Shown here: positions 12,890 through 24,913 of the stretch, piece after piece
How positions within the stretch are numbered: position 1 is the first letter of the stretch
How the letters are laid out: each line of letters starts with the position of its first letter
Source of the DNA: Lama glama
Lineage: Eukaryota
Direction: 5' to 3'
Assembly: GCA_028534125.1 (NCBI GenBank)
Contig: CM052816.1
Coordinates: forward strand, 32,552,001 to 32,616,000
DNA: 64,000 nt
Notes under the pieces: model-generated
Databases searched by the model: none
What the model was told of the DNA's origin: nothing
What the model saw: only the letters and a program-made list of their open reading frames with translations
Translations under genes and position numbers: made by a program

Positions 12890-15198
12890 CTATTTTTTCA
12901 CTGAGATATAATTCACAAGCCATAAAATTCACCCTTTTAAAGTGTACAGTTCAGCGGTTGTTAGTATATTCATAAGTTTGTGTGACCATCACCACTGTCT
13001 AATTCAAGAACATTTTCATTACCACAAAAAGAAACCCCATTTACATTAGAATCACACCCCATTCCCTACTCCACCGCCCTACCCAACCCCCCATGGTCCC
13101 TGGCAACCACTAATCTACTTTCTGTCTCTTTGGTGTTGCCTATTCTGGACATGTCATATAAATGAAGTCCCATAATCACTATCTGCAAGCTGGAGACCCA
13201 GGAAAGCCAGTGATATAGTTTAGTCTGAGTCCAAAGACCTGAGGACCAGGGAAGAAGGTGGTGCAAATCTCAGTCCAAGGGCAAGAGAAGACCAATGTTT
13301 CAGCTCATGCAGCCAGACAGAAAAGCAAATTCTTCCTTCCTCTGCCTTCTTCTTCTATTCAGGCCCTCAGCAGATTGGATGATGCCCGTCGACAATGGGG
13401 AGGGCAATCTGCTTTATTCAGGCTACCAATTCAAATGCTAATCTCACCTGGAAATACTCTCACAAACACATCCAGAAATAAAGTTTAGCTAAGTATCTAG
13501 GCACCTTATGATCCAGTCAAGTTGACACATAAAATTAATTATCATAAAGATTATCCATTAAGTATTAATACTTATTTCCTTTTATGATTAAATAATATTT
13601 CATCATATGCATATACCACATTTTGTTTATCCATTCATCAGTTGATGGACATTTGGGTTGTTTCAGCTTTTTAGCTACTATGCATAATGATGCTATCAAC
13701 ATTCATGTAAAATTTGTTGCTTTAGTATACATTTTTAATTCTCTTGAGCATATACCTAGAAGTGAAATTATTGGGTTGTACGTAATGCTATGTTAAACAT
13801 TTTGAGGACCTTCCAACTGCTTTCCAAAGCAGCTGTACCATTTTGCCTTGACATCAGGAATGTATGAGGGGTCCTATTTCCCCATATTCTCTCCATCACT
13901 TAATATTACCTATCTTTTTTATCATGGCCATCCTAGTGGGTATAAAATACTTTTGATTTGCATTTCCCTAATGACTAATGATGTGAGCATCTTTTCTTGT
14001 GTTTATTGATTAATAGCTAATTTTAAGTCTCTGCCTGGTAATTTCAACATCTGAGCTTCTCCAGAGACAGGTACTATTATTTGCTATTTTCTTTCCTTTT
14101 TAAAGGGACATATTTTCTTGGCACACTTGTAACTTTCTGTTAAAAATTGGACATTTAAATAATAAATTGTGGCAACTGTGGAAATCAGAGTCGCTTCCCT
14201 TCCCAACATTGTTGCTGTTGATATTTGGTGTGTTTGTTTTTTTGATAACTTTTCTACATAATAAGGTTCATGTTCTTTGTTGTGTGTGGCTGCTAAAGTC
14301 TCCGCTCAGTTACCTTAGTGGTCAGGTAAGTACTGGGCAAAGGAACCCATGTGTGGAACCATTAAGTCTCCCAGTCTTTGTCAAGGGGCTCTGTGTATGT
14401 GTTGGAGTGTGCCTTTTACCCTTAGTCACGAAGTTAACAACTCAGCCTTTGCCTTCAGTTTCTATTTGTGTGGACCCTCAAGGTCATCCAGAGCTGAGAG
14501 CTAAGGGCCTTATCTGGTCTTTCCATAGCCTGCAGAGTTCTGGGCATACATAGCCCCATACGTGGGTACGAACTTCTAGATTCTTAGGAATATGTGAGAG
14601 CGTTTCAAAGTCCCTATGGACATTTTATTCCTCATCTTTTTCTTTAAACCTTTTTGGTTAGCCTATTGTTTATCTCATCTTTATCTATCATCCCTGACAG
14701 CCACAAAGCTAAACAATTGCTACTGTTTGGAAAAACAGCCCTTGAAAAATGCTTTTCCCACTAGATGAACTCCATTATGAGTCACATCAAATATAGACAG
14801 CCTTGCAAGTAGGGTCTTCCAGGGACCGCTAGATGAGTCAAATGATGATAATTCTCTGGGAATGAGGCTTTGAAAGAGGTCCAAACTCCATTCTGCAACG
14901 TCTGCTAACTGCCAGGTTACCAGTTTTCAACATGATTGCAGGCTGTTGGTTTCAAGGCTACTGTGGAGCTAGAGAAGGGGGATTAGAATAGAAGTTAAAA
15001 TGCCACAAGTCTCACTGTTTTTTAACCAAGAGTCAGCCTTTTTTCCTGAATAAACACTCCTCAGATTTCTGCAGGCCTTAGGGGTTAGTATCTAGAGTTC
15101 TGAAAAAGTTGACTGATAATTTTTGCCAGTTTTCTTATTGCTTTTATAAAGAATCTTGGGGTGTCCTTACTCTTCCATTTTCTCTGACATCACTCCTC
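12890..15198 (-). mobile_element. Ancient L1 (L1MB/L1M4-type) with both termini, large internal deletion and perfect 11-bp TSD
   Basis: 3' end at 12890 (gagatataattcaca..cataaaattcacccttttaaagtgtaca); 5' end near 15198 (reverse ggagtgatgtcagagaaaatgg..gagtaagg); TGTAGCTTATT at 12879-12889 and 15199-15209. Confidence 0.8.
13164..13546 (-). mobile_element. ERVL LTR, MLT2B-like, nested in L1
   Basis: tctgcaagctggagacccaggaaagcc..ccagtcaagttgacacataaaattaa (reverse of the MLT2 5' end). Confidence 0.9.
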
Positions 15199-15304
15199 TG
15201 TAGCTTATTTAAGGGAACATATTTTGTCACTCTAATGGTTGTGTCAGTTACCATATTTTTATATGGCTAACTCCTACACATTCTTAAGGCTCAGCTCAAG
15301 GGGC

Positions 15305-15533
15305 AATTCCTTGAGCAATGGAACACTTTCTGCAAATTAAATCTGATGCAGAAGCTGACTAAATGAATCAGATGCTATACCAGCTGTTCTTGTTCAATGA
15401 GCGAATGAGGAGAATGGGATCAATGCCAGGTCAGCATTTGCTTTTCCCAGTTCCTCCCACCTCTTCCCCATAGTAGCCCTCGAAGCACTGTCTCTGAGAC
15501 CTGAGGCTCTGCAGATCAAAGCATGAAACTCTG
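15305..15533. mobile_element. Degenerate hAT-Charlie MITE (MER112-like)
   Basis: gcaatggaacacttt..caaat.aaatct.atgcagaa and ..gcac..ctctgagacc..ggctctgcaga ends resemble the recalled MER112 pattern. Confidence 0.45.
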
Positions 15534-16574
15534 AATAGAGGAATGCTTGTGAAGATCTGAAAAAGCAGATTCAAGCAGTAGACAGTCAATTGGGCTGTTT
15601 AGCGTCAAGATCCTTTGCAACCAGAAATTATGTTTTCTTGAATGGAAAGGATGGGCAATTACTCTGATGATTCACTAACAAGATCATAGTATTTTTTTTT
15701 CACAAAATTATAGAAATATATAAATTACTGATACATGCTCCCCCTAAAAGAATACTCACTACCTGCTAGAAATATGAATATAAGAAAAGTTTTCTTAATC
15801 TATTATGAAGATTCTTGTGTAGAAATGTTGGCTAAATTAATTTTGAAGACCATCGGCACAGGTATATTGACACTACCACTGCTTTGGGTCACATCTTTGT
15901 TTTTCAATTTAGACAATTAGTATGAATCAACCTGAACATCCCCTGGGACATGAGTCCTATGTAGGAAACTGTAGCAATTAAATTTTTTAAAAAGGGCATG
16001 TAATATTATTTCAAAGTGGATTTAAAGCATTTTTAATGTACAGAATTAAGGCATTAATTGGTTTTATATAACATAACACATTTACAGACTGATATAACAT
16101 GTGTTGTAGAAAGAAAAACCCTTTAGGAAAGTAATACCAATAAATAGTTGCTGATTATGGTACTGCTGGTATTTTAAACAGCTCTATTCATATACAATTT
16201 AGACAAAATAACTCCCAAAATGTAGATTTATGGGATTATTATAAAGACATTCATTCATACCTAAAGCAAAGCAAAGAGAAATTGAGTTATCCTGTGAAGT
16301 TTGTCACTGAAGAAATCTAGCCTAGCTGACTCAAAAGACAATAAAATGTTCTTCTAATAATGGATATTTTTGTTTGAATTTCATTGGTATTTCAATTAGT
16401 ATTATCCATAAAATCATTTAAGTAAGAAGCTTTTAATTAAGAACTTCTGAGGCATTCAAAACAAAAGATACAACATTCCAGAGCAAAATAAAAATTGGTT
16501 GTGTGATCATTTGAAAAATAACTTCATATATGCTCTGGTTTCTCTTCAGATTGTACAAATCTTTCACCTTCTAA

Positions 16575-16710
16575 AAATAACTTTATATTTTGAAATAGTT
16601 TGACTCACAAGAAATTGCAAAAATAGTTCAGAGGTTTTCATATACCCTTCACCAAACTTTAATCAATGTTGATATCTTATATAGCTATTGCATATGTAAA
16701 ACCAGAATTG
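16575..16710 (-). mobile_element. L1MC4-like 3' end fragment
   Basis: ttttgaaata..gactcacaagaaattgcaaaaatagt..tacccttcacc. Confidence 0.65.
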
Positions 16711-16718
16711 TATAGCTC

Positions 16719-16809
16719 TTAACATGTTGATCGCCACATCACCCAAATCTGGGTGACAGTTGTGTTTCCTCAGGGGCACCCAATCCACAGTGGGTGATCA
16801 ACACGTTAA
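16719..16809. mobile_element. Tiny MITE with 13-bp terminal inverted repeats flanked by TTAA (piggyBac-like signature)
   Basis: TTAA 16719-16722, CATGTTGATCGCC 16723-16735, GGTGATCAACACG 16793-16805, TTAA 16806-16809. Confidence 0.7.
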
Positions 16810-18172
16810 ACTCCTCATCCATGCTGAGCATATAAGAGCGTCAAGTTGTTGGGGATCAAAATAAAGGATTTTTAAAGGGTGGTGCTAATGCTCCATCCAC
16901 AAGTGACCACTGATCTATAAAAGTGGTATTTTCTTTTATTTCTAAGAGGCCCTAACTGAAAGACTACAGGAGGATAAAGCCTTAAGGTAACCATATGGAC
17001 TTTTGGTTTGGCTTTGGGTTTTTATTTCCTTAAAGACTGGCAGCTTTTACTGTTCTCTAATTCAGGGAGAAAATTCAACAACAAAAAGTTGTTTCCAGGT
17101 AACTGAGATACAAGACTTCAAAGGCAAAATTTCTTTTTCTTTAAATCTCTCATGAACACATCTTTAATTTTATTTCTACTTGTGTAACTCTCTCATTTTA
17201 GCATGGTTGTCATTGAAATCTGCTCAGTAGAGAAGAGGAACCACAGTCATATGCCCAGCGTGCTTTTTACCTGCCTGAACACAGACCAAAAGCCTGCAGG
17301 TCTGTACCCTGGGAAGTCATGCTTTATCACTGAGCTGGCCTTTGCTACTCACCTCAGGGCTCAGTGCTTGACTGGTCCACCTCCTACCAACTCTGCATCA
17401 CCCATGTCCTTCCCACTCAGCTGAACCTCTTCGTTTGATCTTTTCAGGTTTGGATTATTCCCAGGATTTTTTCAACCCCTCAGATCTTAGACTTTGTCTA
17501 CCGAAAATACGTGTGTGTAATTCAAAGTCCAGTATCTTTACTTCGTTCCTTTTGGGAAAAGAATTAATCACCTTTCTTCTTATGTTAACATTGTTGATCT
17601 TATTTTCAATTCACCTCCGCATTCCCTACTTTACCTAGCAGAGTGCCTTGGATATAATAGGAAATCAGTGAATGTCAAATGAATGGATGGATTCCTTCCA
17701 TTACAAAAAGGAGCTGAAAGAATGACTAATTAAAGCAATTAGTCAGATAATTAAAAAACATTTTTTCCCAATATTTGGACATTTCAGCAATAGCTTTTTG
17801 CTAATTATACAGATAATTACTTTAATATAACACATCATTCTTTGCACAAGTGTAGGACCCAATATTTATATGCACATATAGTCTTACAAAAAGCAGATAA
17901 CCCCAGTTGGATTAAAAATCATAGTCATGGAAAATGTCTAATGAATACAAAAAATACTATTACCAATATTATTTATGGAGAGTGAGGAAAGGGAATTTTG
18001 GACCAATGAGGTCACTGGACTTATACTTTTTATTGTATACACTTCTGTTTTATTTTTCAAAAGCATATATTACTTTTCAATATTAATTTTTAAATTGTAC
18101 TAACTAAGCAGAAAACTAAGCAGAGGTACTGTGGTTCTGAACCTTTGCGCTTATATCCTTCATTGACTCATA

Positions 18173-18515
18173 GTAGGGAACACAAAAACCAATGCCTCCA
18201 GGGCACAGGCAGATAATGTAAATAAGCAAATTGGGCTGCAAATGGATTGCGGCAAATGGGGCGGTGCCTGAGCTATCTAAAGCAGCCAGGTGCTACCCAA
18301 TTCTAGCTAATTGCTGCTGTGCAGGAATATGGGTCCAATGCTGTCAGAGCACTCAATTTGCAAATGAAGTTAGAGGTCTGGAAATTTTGGGGCAAAATTT
18401 CCTAATTTTTAAATGAAAGTAAATGATTTAAAAGTTTTGTAGTTTAAGATGCAGACCAAACAAAACCTGTCTATGGCCCAAGTCTAGCCTGTGAATCACC
18501 AGTTTGCAAACTCTG
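18173..18515 (+). mobile_element. hAT-Charlie MITE, MER102-like
   Basis: aatgcctccagggcacaggcagataatgtaaat..ggaatatgggtccaatgctgtcaga..ccaaacaaaac..ccagtttgcaaactctg. Confidence 0.75.
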
Positions 18516-19699
18516 ACTTGGGTCATAGCCTAACTTGTTTGTTTTTTTTAAACACAGATGAAGATGTTTCAAGAAATTTACTCATCGCTTGCCTGTTTTC
18601 CTCCTATCCAAAATATCAATCAATGTTCCAGAACATACAAAGGACTCTACATATTTCCATGATGCCTGAGCTATTGGGACCAGAAACTGTCAAGCCTCTG
18701 CAGGCTTGCTAACCAGTTCCCAAGCAGCATGGCATTCTCAGGCCAGTCACACAGAATAAGGTCTCAGGCATGGCAGCAGTGTTTCCACAGAAGGCTGTGA
18801 AGTCCAAGAACTGAAATGAGGTTGACAGAAAAGAATCAAATTGGAGTAGTCTTCAAGCCTTAGAGGTTTGGCCAGTTGGATTTTAAACTTTAAAATAGTC
18901 ACGAAGGCCAAATTTAGGATATACCTAATGTGACATTTGGGTATGAGTAGGGGTCAAAACAAATGAAAAGCACTTATTCCTCCATAAAGACTTTGGGAGG
19001 CAGACATATAGGTAGAAAGATGGAGTACCTCCCAGCTTCAGGCCTAGTATTCAAGGTTGAGTCATAAGGGAAGAATAATTCAGACTAGACCAATGAGTCT
19101 CATTTTCCATTTAAAATTGTTTGTAACACCATTCAGTAAAGACCATGAAGATAGTGCAGTTACCCTGAAAATGAATTGTCAAGCCACTGGCTCAATGAAG
19201 GCTTCATGCCAAGTATTTTCCCCTTACAGATAATAATATCTGCCATGCCACTTAGCAGCACTCTCTATTGGAAACTTAGCTCAAAACCAAGAAATAAATG
19301 AACATTAACCGACAAAAGCCCTCAAAGCATCCAAATCACTTTTGCAAGGCCAGGCAATAAAATGATCCCGACGCTGTTGAGAGGGGTGCCTCTTCCTTCT
19401 TAATCCTAGTTGGCACATGGGGCTAAGCAAATGGGCTGTCTGGTTCTTCAGTTAAAGTAGGGTGGAAGCAGCGAATAAATACAACACAGCACTCAGTAGG
19501 CGTGCCATGGACTTATCAAGTGATAAACATGAGTACTGGAAACAAAACACCGTGAAAATTATCAACCGACTGCCTGACAGGAAGAGAGAAGGCAGATAGC
19601 CTGAAAAGTTGACACAAGACTTAAAATAACACCTTGGTCTGAAGATACCAGGAGAGGGAATAAAGCTCCTGAAAGCCTGCACAGGGCCAAGCTGCTGCC

Positions 19700-19930
19700 C
19701 TTCCCTGGTTGAGAGGCTCTGCTCTGGGGCCAGGATGCCCGAGTTCCATTGTTACCACCTGGCTGGGTGAACTGAGTCAAGCACCTTAACCTCTCTTAAC
19801 TTTGATTTCCTCATCTATAAAAATCTGTCTGCCTCAAAGGGTTGTGAGGATTCAACAAGTTAAACCTTGTTTAAAACAAAAACTTAGAAGAGTGCAACAT
19901 ACTTAAAAAATACTCAGAAGGGTTATCTAT
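19700..19930 (+). mobile_element. MIR SINE
   Basis: ggctctg..gctgggtgaactgagtcaag..cttaacctctct..tttcctcatctataaaa..gggttgtgaggatt. Confidence 0.8.
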
Positions 19931-20124
19931 GGATAAGGGTACTTACTGTGTCATCTTTGAAAAAAGTCGATTATGGTGAGGATGATCTAATTAATAAGGC
20001 AGTAAGGTACAAATGTATGGCAGACCTTCCAAAATTAGTACAACAAAAATTTTGGTTGGTAGCTAATTTTTTAGCTGTCTGGAAGAGTCAGGTGAAATAC
20101 TTCATCAACGAGCATGTCAGCCTA

Positions 20125-20600
20125 GCTCAGCACCATGCTCTACTGGGCTCTGGAAGCAGGACTTCTCACTTGAGTCTCAGCTGTCATTACCAGCTGCGTG
20201 ACACTGGCAAACCACCTAAGCGTGCTTCCGTTTTCTCGCCTATCAAGAGAATAGTTGAGTTGTTATTAGAACTGTATTATGATTTTCATGGGCCCTACGT
20301 ACATTGTCCTTCACAAGCCCCTTCTTCCTTAAAATAATATTAAAAATTGTACTTTACAACCACACTGGTCTAAAGACAAACAATCCAGGCTGGATTCCTT
20401 ATTATATAGTCATTATTACATTCAATTTTTTTTCTCCTGACTTTAAAAGAAATTAAAATTAAAACCTGTTTTTCATGGACCCTAGGCACTGGATAAGTTG
20501 GCGCTGATTGTTATGAGTACTCAATTAATTAGTGTTTGTAAAGCACTTGGAACAGTGCCTGACAAGATCATAAGCACCGTGTACGTGTGTTAAAGAAGTA
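20125..20600 (+). mobile_element. MIR SINE split by a hAT MITE
   Basis: gggctctggaagcag..ccagctgcgtgac..ttttctcgcctat; resumes ttgttatgag..tgtaaagcacttggaacagtgcctgaca. Confidence 0.75.
20267..20506. mobile_element. hAT-Tip100 MITE (ORSL-like) with 8-bp TSD
   Basis: ttcatgggcccta..aatccaggctggattc..ttaaaagaaattaaaattaaaac..ccctaggcact..ggataagttggcgctg; flanks GTTGTTAT 20259-20266 and ATTGTTAT 20507-20514. Confidence 0.7.
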
Positions 20601-21513
20601 AAAATGTAAAGTGTCAGACAAGCCAGATGTTACTTTCTTGCAAACTTCCTCCCTGCTCCCCCTGCTCGTCTGATAAGTAAATTCTGTTTCAAAATATGGT
20701 TTAAAACTTTCCCACCGCTACTCTGAAGTTAGCAGTAGCAACTGAAATTGTAAAGGTTTCAGAAGAATAAAAGAAAAGCAATGTTGTATTGAGTTAAATT
20801 CCATTTTGTTCAAAATAGCGGGGGTGCTGAGCACTGTTTGCGCCTCTTTTCCAGTCTCTGCACAACTTCAGAGGCGCTGAGCAAGATGCTGGCAAGATCA
20901 CAGAGTCCCAATCGGGGAGAGTTAGCTTTCTGGTTTCCAGCCTTCAGAATCAGGAGCAATAGCCCCTATCAGTGTCCCCCGTATCTATGAGTAAAGATGC
21001 CAAACTTAAGAGAGAAACTATAGGATTTTTTCCCCTCCTCCACCGATTAAAACACACACACACACAAAATAGCAGTTATTCCTTTCAAGAATTACATTTA
21101 CATTAAATGCAAAACAGACAATTGTGTTGTCATTATGGTAATTCATTCCATCACATAGGAGGGCTAAAAGAACATTTCAGCCCTCTGTAAACTCTTTCAG
21201 AATCAGAAGAATGTTTAATTGCCTTTCTTTCTCCTCGCAATGACTAACACAGGCTTAAAACATAGTCAAGACTGTTTGGTCTCCTTTTGGCCATTGGAGT
21301 CAGGTGGACCCTCACCCACCCATAAAACAAAATTTAAACGCCAACTGCTGTTTAAATTCAGATTCAGAGTACCCTAACCATGCTTTCATCTGGATTTCAG
21401 TTTCCTTCTGTTTCTCTTATCTCCCCTGTTTCAAACTCCTAACTCCATTGCCCAGCTCTGGCTTCTGCATTTGCCCCATAGGTTTGGTGTTCACTGTCCT
21501 CCCTGCTGTGTTC

Positions 21514-21521
21514 TGACGTCA
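21514..21521. promoter_or_regulatory. Full palindromic CRE (CREB/ATF) motif
   Basis: cTGACGTCAg in unique sequence; motif match only. Confidence 0.35.
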
Positions 21522-21563
21522 GTCTAACTCATTCCTTAGACAGTCATCATCTACCCCTCTCAT

Positions 21564-22138
21564 CTGTGTCAGCTACATAATTTTGTGAGGCCCGGTGCAA
21601 AATGAAAATGCGAGGCCTCTTGTTTAAAAGGCAGAAGAAAAAGCTTTTTTCCTTCTTTTGTGGTCTCTGTCTTGACTTGTCGTGGCGTTTTTCATTTGCT
21701 ATTTGATGTTGCACTCCCCCATGCTGGAGAATACTTGAGAGAAGAATGTGACCCAGTCCCACGAGTCAGCAGGTGGCCCATGTGTGGCATGAGCATGCCT
21801 GACCCCAGCCCTTCCTGCCTTATGCCCAGGCCCCAATCAAGGGGCCAGTGGTTGCTGGGGGAGCTGGGGGAGCTGGGGGAGCTGGGGGAGTTGACAGTTG
21901 AGAAGCAGGGAGCAAGAAGTGGTGAAAAGCAAGGTTGCTTATGAGCTGAGGCCCCAAGTCTCTGGTTCACGATCCATGGTCTCATCCAACTTTACTTAAA
22001 AAACACAAGTTCAAAAATTAAACTATTAAAAATTTCAAGATGGCGATCACAGAGCATTAAACTTGAAGTGCGGGGTCCTTCTGAGCAGAGGGCCCTGTGC
22101 ATCTGCACTGGGTGCATGCTCACGAAGCAGGAGCCCTG
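21564..22138 (-). mobile_element. hAT-Tip100 transposon, MER45C-like
   Basis: Same MER45 termini as the element at 1-978 (gctacataattt..ggccc.gtgcaaaatgaaaatg; cagagcattaaac..gggccctgtgc..ccctg) with a different interior. Confidence 0.8.
21854..21889 (+). repeat. (GCTGGGGGA)4 perfect minisatellite, G-quadruplex-compatible
   Basis: Four exact 9-bp units, giving four G5 runs separated by AGCT. Confidence 0.95.
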
Positions 22139-22999
22139 CCTGCCACCTGTGAATTCTTAATCCAGTCCCCACAGTGCCCTGGTCCTCTGTGAGGGAGTCT
22201 GATTCAGACTCTGTCCTTCACGGTGTAAACTCATGACCAGAATCCCAGAGTTCAGTCAACTTATTCCTGTGCTTCTTGCTTTACTTTGTGTGTCTGGCTT
22301 CTGTGGATCCACGTACCCAACATGAACAAGTACCTCAAGACAAGAAATGAATGAGCCACATTTTTCTCATGCTAGTTTCTGCTTTTCTTTCCAGGAGCAT
22401 TTCCAAGCATCTGAGCTCCTAAGAGGAATGTTGGACCAGATCCCAATATACACGTTAAACTAACAGGACACGCTTCATCCAAGACCTTCTATTTTCCTTT
22501 CGTCCTCCTTACTTTTCTCTAGCTCCATCTTCTTACTCACATTTCAGGTTGGACTGTGTTGAGGATAGGAAGTCACTGTTGTTAAAAGAGGCATTCTGAT
22601 CCAGCCATGACAAGGTAGAGAATCAAACAAAACCTGCTGTTAATGCCCTTCAGAGTAATCTGAGGAGGCTGTATGGATTTTATGTGACCAGCCATGTGCT
22701 TCTGGCTACTGGCTCCTGGACTGAATTTCTCTGCTACCAGTAAATATTGGAGAGATCTTTTGCCAATTCTCTGGAGAAATAGAAACAAGATGTACTCAGA
22801 TCAGATATACCATACTTATTTCAGATGAATTGATGTTTGCTTTATCTTGAACATTTTAAAAAATCCACTAGGCTTAAAAGAGTTTGAATTTAAATATGAA
22901 AGTTATGGTTGTCCTTAGCTAATTCAGTCCCTGCCTTATCCTTTTATCAGTCACATCACATGAAATTATATCGTTTGTCATTTCATGTCATAATTTTAA

Positions 23000-23175
23000 A
23001 ATGAAAAAGACCTTGAACTCATCTCATCTACTCGTTTCATTTTACAGATGAGGAAACTGAGACCCAGAGAGTTCACGCCCAGAGTGACACACAGCGTATT
23101 AGGTGGTATTGTGAGCACAACTGGCACTGGCTTCTGACTTCCTGCCAGCCCTGCCCTGATTCTACAGCACAATGA
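23000..23175 (-). mobile_element. MIR SINE
   Basis: cattttacagatgaggaaactgagacccagagag..gccca..cacacagc. Confidence 0.8.
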
Positions 23176-24345
23176 CTCAAAGAATCCAGGGAAGTATAAG
23201 AAATGTTATTTGGATATTTATAAAGTTTTTTTTCCTGATTAAATGACAAATAAATAAGCCTCAAGTAAAAAATTTTAAACTCTTTTTATATAATAATTGA
23301 AAGACCAACTACAAACTGGGAAACAGTCAAAATTTGCAACACACAAAATTTATCACTCTTATTAGATGGAAAAGCACTTAAAAACTCACACAGTTACAAA
23401 TCAATAATCTTTAGTATTTGAGCTTATCCACAATCTTGGCTGTTTGTTCCTTTTCAGGATGCCTTATGATGATCATTTGGGACCAATGAAACCCTGGTGT
23501 TACTTTTGATAATTATGAATCATGAATTACTTTCACTAAGTATGACTTTAGCAGAAATGACCAAAATAAGGTTTGATTTTATTCATGTCAAGTATGACGC
23601 ATTAAATGCTAAAGAAGGGGTTGGGCTATGGCCATAGAGCCCGGCTTAGCTGACCTGAAACATGACCTTGGGTCCGGGCACACCAGGCTGGCCTCATCCT
23701 GACTCAGTCGCAGTGCCCAGGGGAAAGAAGGAACTCCTTTTCCAGGCCTGCCATACCTATTCTGCACAACCATTCTAATCATCCATTGACCATGCTGTTC
23801 AGCTGGAAGGAATCCCTCAGTGGCTTGGAAGCCTCGCAGTTCCCAGCAGAGGAAGCCCTTTCTGGTCTAAGACAGCCTTTGACAGCGCTGGTGACAGACT
23901 CAGGAGGAGAAAATCCAGGAAAATCCTAGATTCTAGATTTCTAGGGAAAAAAAGGAAAAGAAAGAAGCACAAAGAACACCTAGGTAGGACTGGAGATTGA
24001 GAGAATCCCATGGATGTTTAGCTAAGCTAGCCTCTTTCATTCACCAGAGATCACTGTGACAGCTCCTTGACCTGGAGGTATGCCTGATCTGTTACTGGCA
24101 CTGATGCCTTTTTGGACCATGTTGTACAGAAGACACAACACACCAGATGCCTATCTGTCTTACCATGTTTATTGTGGTCCAGAAGCAGCTGGCCCAATAG
24201 ATGGGATGAGATGGCCCACTGCAAGCTAGGTTACAATGCCAGTTAAAAGAGGATAGCCTGAAAGTGTGGGACTCTGTTTTACAGGATACAGTTCGTGCTT
24301 AGATCAATAACCAATATTTAGTGCTCCTTCATCCACAACCAGCAT

Positions 24346-24660
24346 ATGTGGAATCAAGGGGTAGATGTGGGTGTGGCTCCTCTCACTCTTAGACCTAATA
24401 ACCTTCTTGCAGAATTTTTGCCTCCTGGGTCTGAAATAGTGCTCTGTACTGGTTTGGAGGGAAGAATGATTCCTTTTGAGTACACAGCAGTGTTTCCACT
24501 GAGTTGGAAAATGAGGCTCCCACCTGGTCATTTTGAGGTCCTCATGTGTCTGAACCAACAGGTAAAGAAGATTAATCTACTTGCTGGGATGACTGATGCT
24601 GATTACCAAGAGCCAGTTGTGTTGCTGCCACAAAAGGAAGGTAGGGAGGACCATGTCTAG
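24346..24660 (+). pseudogene. Decayed ERVL pol C-terminus/dUTPase fragment (non-functional)
   Basis: NQGVDVGVAPLTL..FL.PG..GLE..PLSWKMRLPPGHF..LNQQVKK..LLAGMTDADYQ aligns by eye with HERV-L NQGVEVEVAPLTI..PLNWKLRLPPGHFGLL..LAGVIDPDYQ; deletions and stops present. Confidence 0.85.
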
Positions 24661-24881
24661 AATTTAGGGATTCTCTGGGGTCTATTTCAGTACTTCCATG
24701 ACCAATAATAAAAGTTGGGTAACTCCAGCAACCAAAAAAAGGCAGAACCACTAGGATTCAGACACTTCTGAATTCATTCCGACATTCATTCAGGAATGAT
24801 TATTTGGGTCACCTCACCAAGTAAAGAAGTAGCTGAGGTTCTGACTGAGAGCATAGAAAACTTGGAATACGCCAGTTTTAG

Positions 24882-24884
<3 letters not shown>

Positions 24885-24913
<29 letters not shown>

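Noticed and set aside
15308..15400. Possible miRNA-like hairpin (TTGAGCAA..ATCTGAT..ATCAGAT..TTGTTCAA)
   Set aside because: Pairing is short and discontinuous, and the region fits a decayed hAT MITE.
21660..21985. ORFs with ELGELGELG / SSPSSPSSP repeats
   Set aside because: Translation of the 9-bp minisatellite inside a MER45 element.
23464..23600. Box C/D snoRNA (ATGATGA near 23466)
   Set aside because: No suitably placed CTGA box D or terminal stem.
24346..24660. Domesticated functional dUTPase
   Set aside because: GTG start, an internal deletion relative to ERVL, degraded motifs, and stops or frameshifts on both sides.
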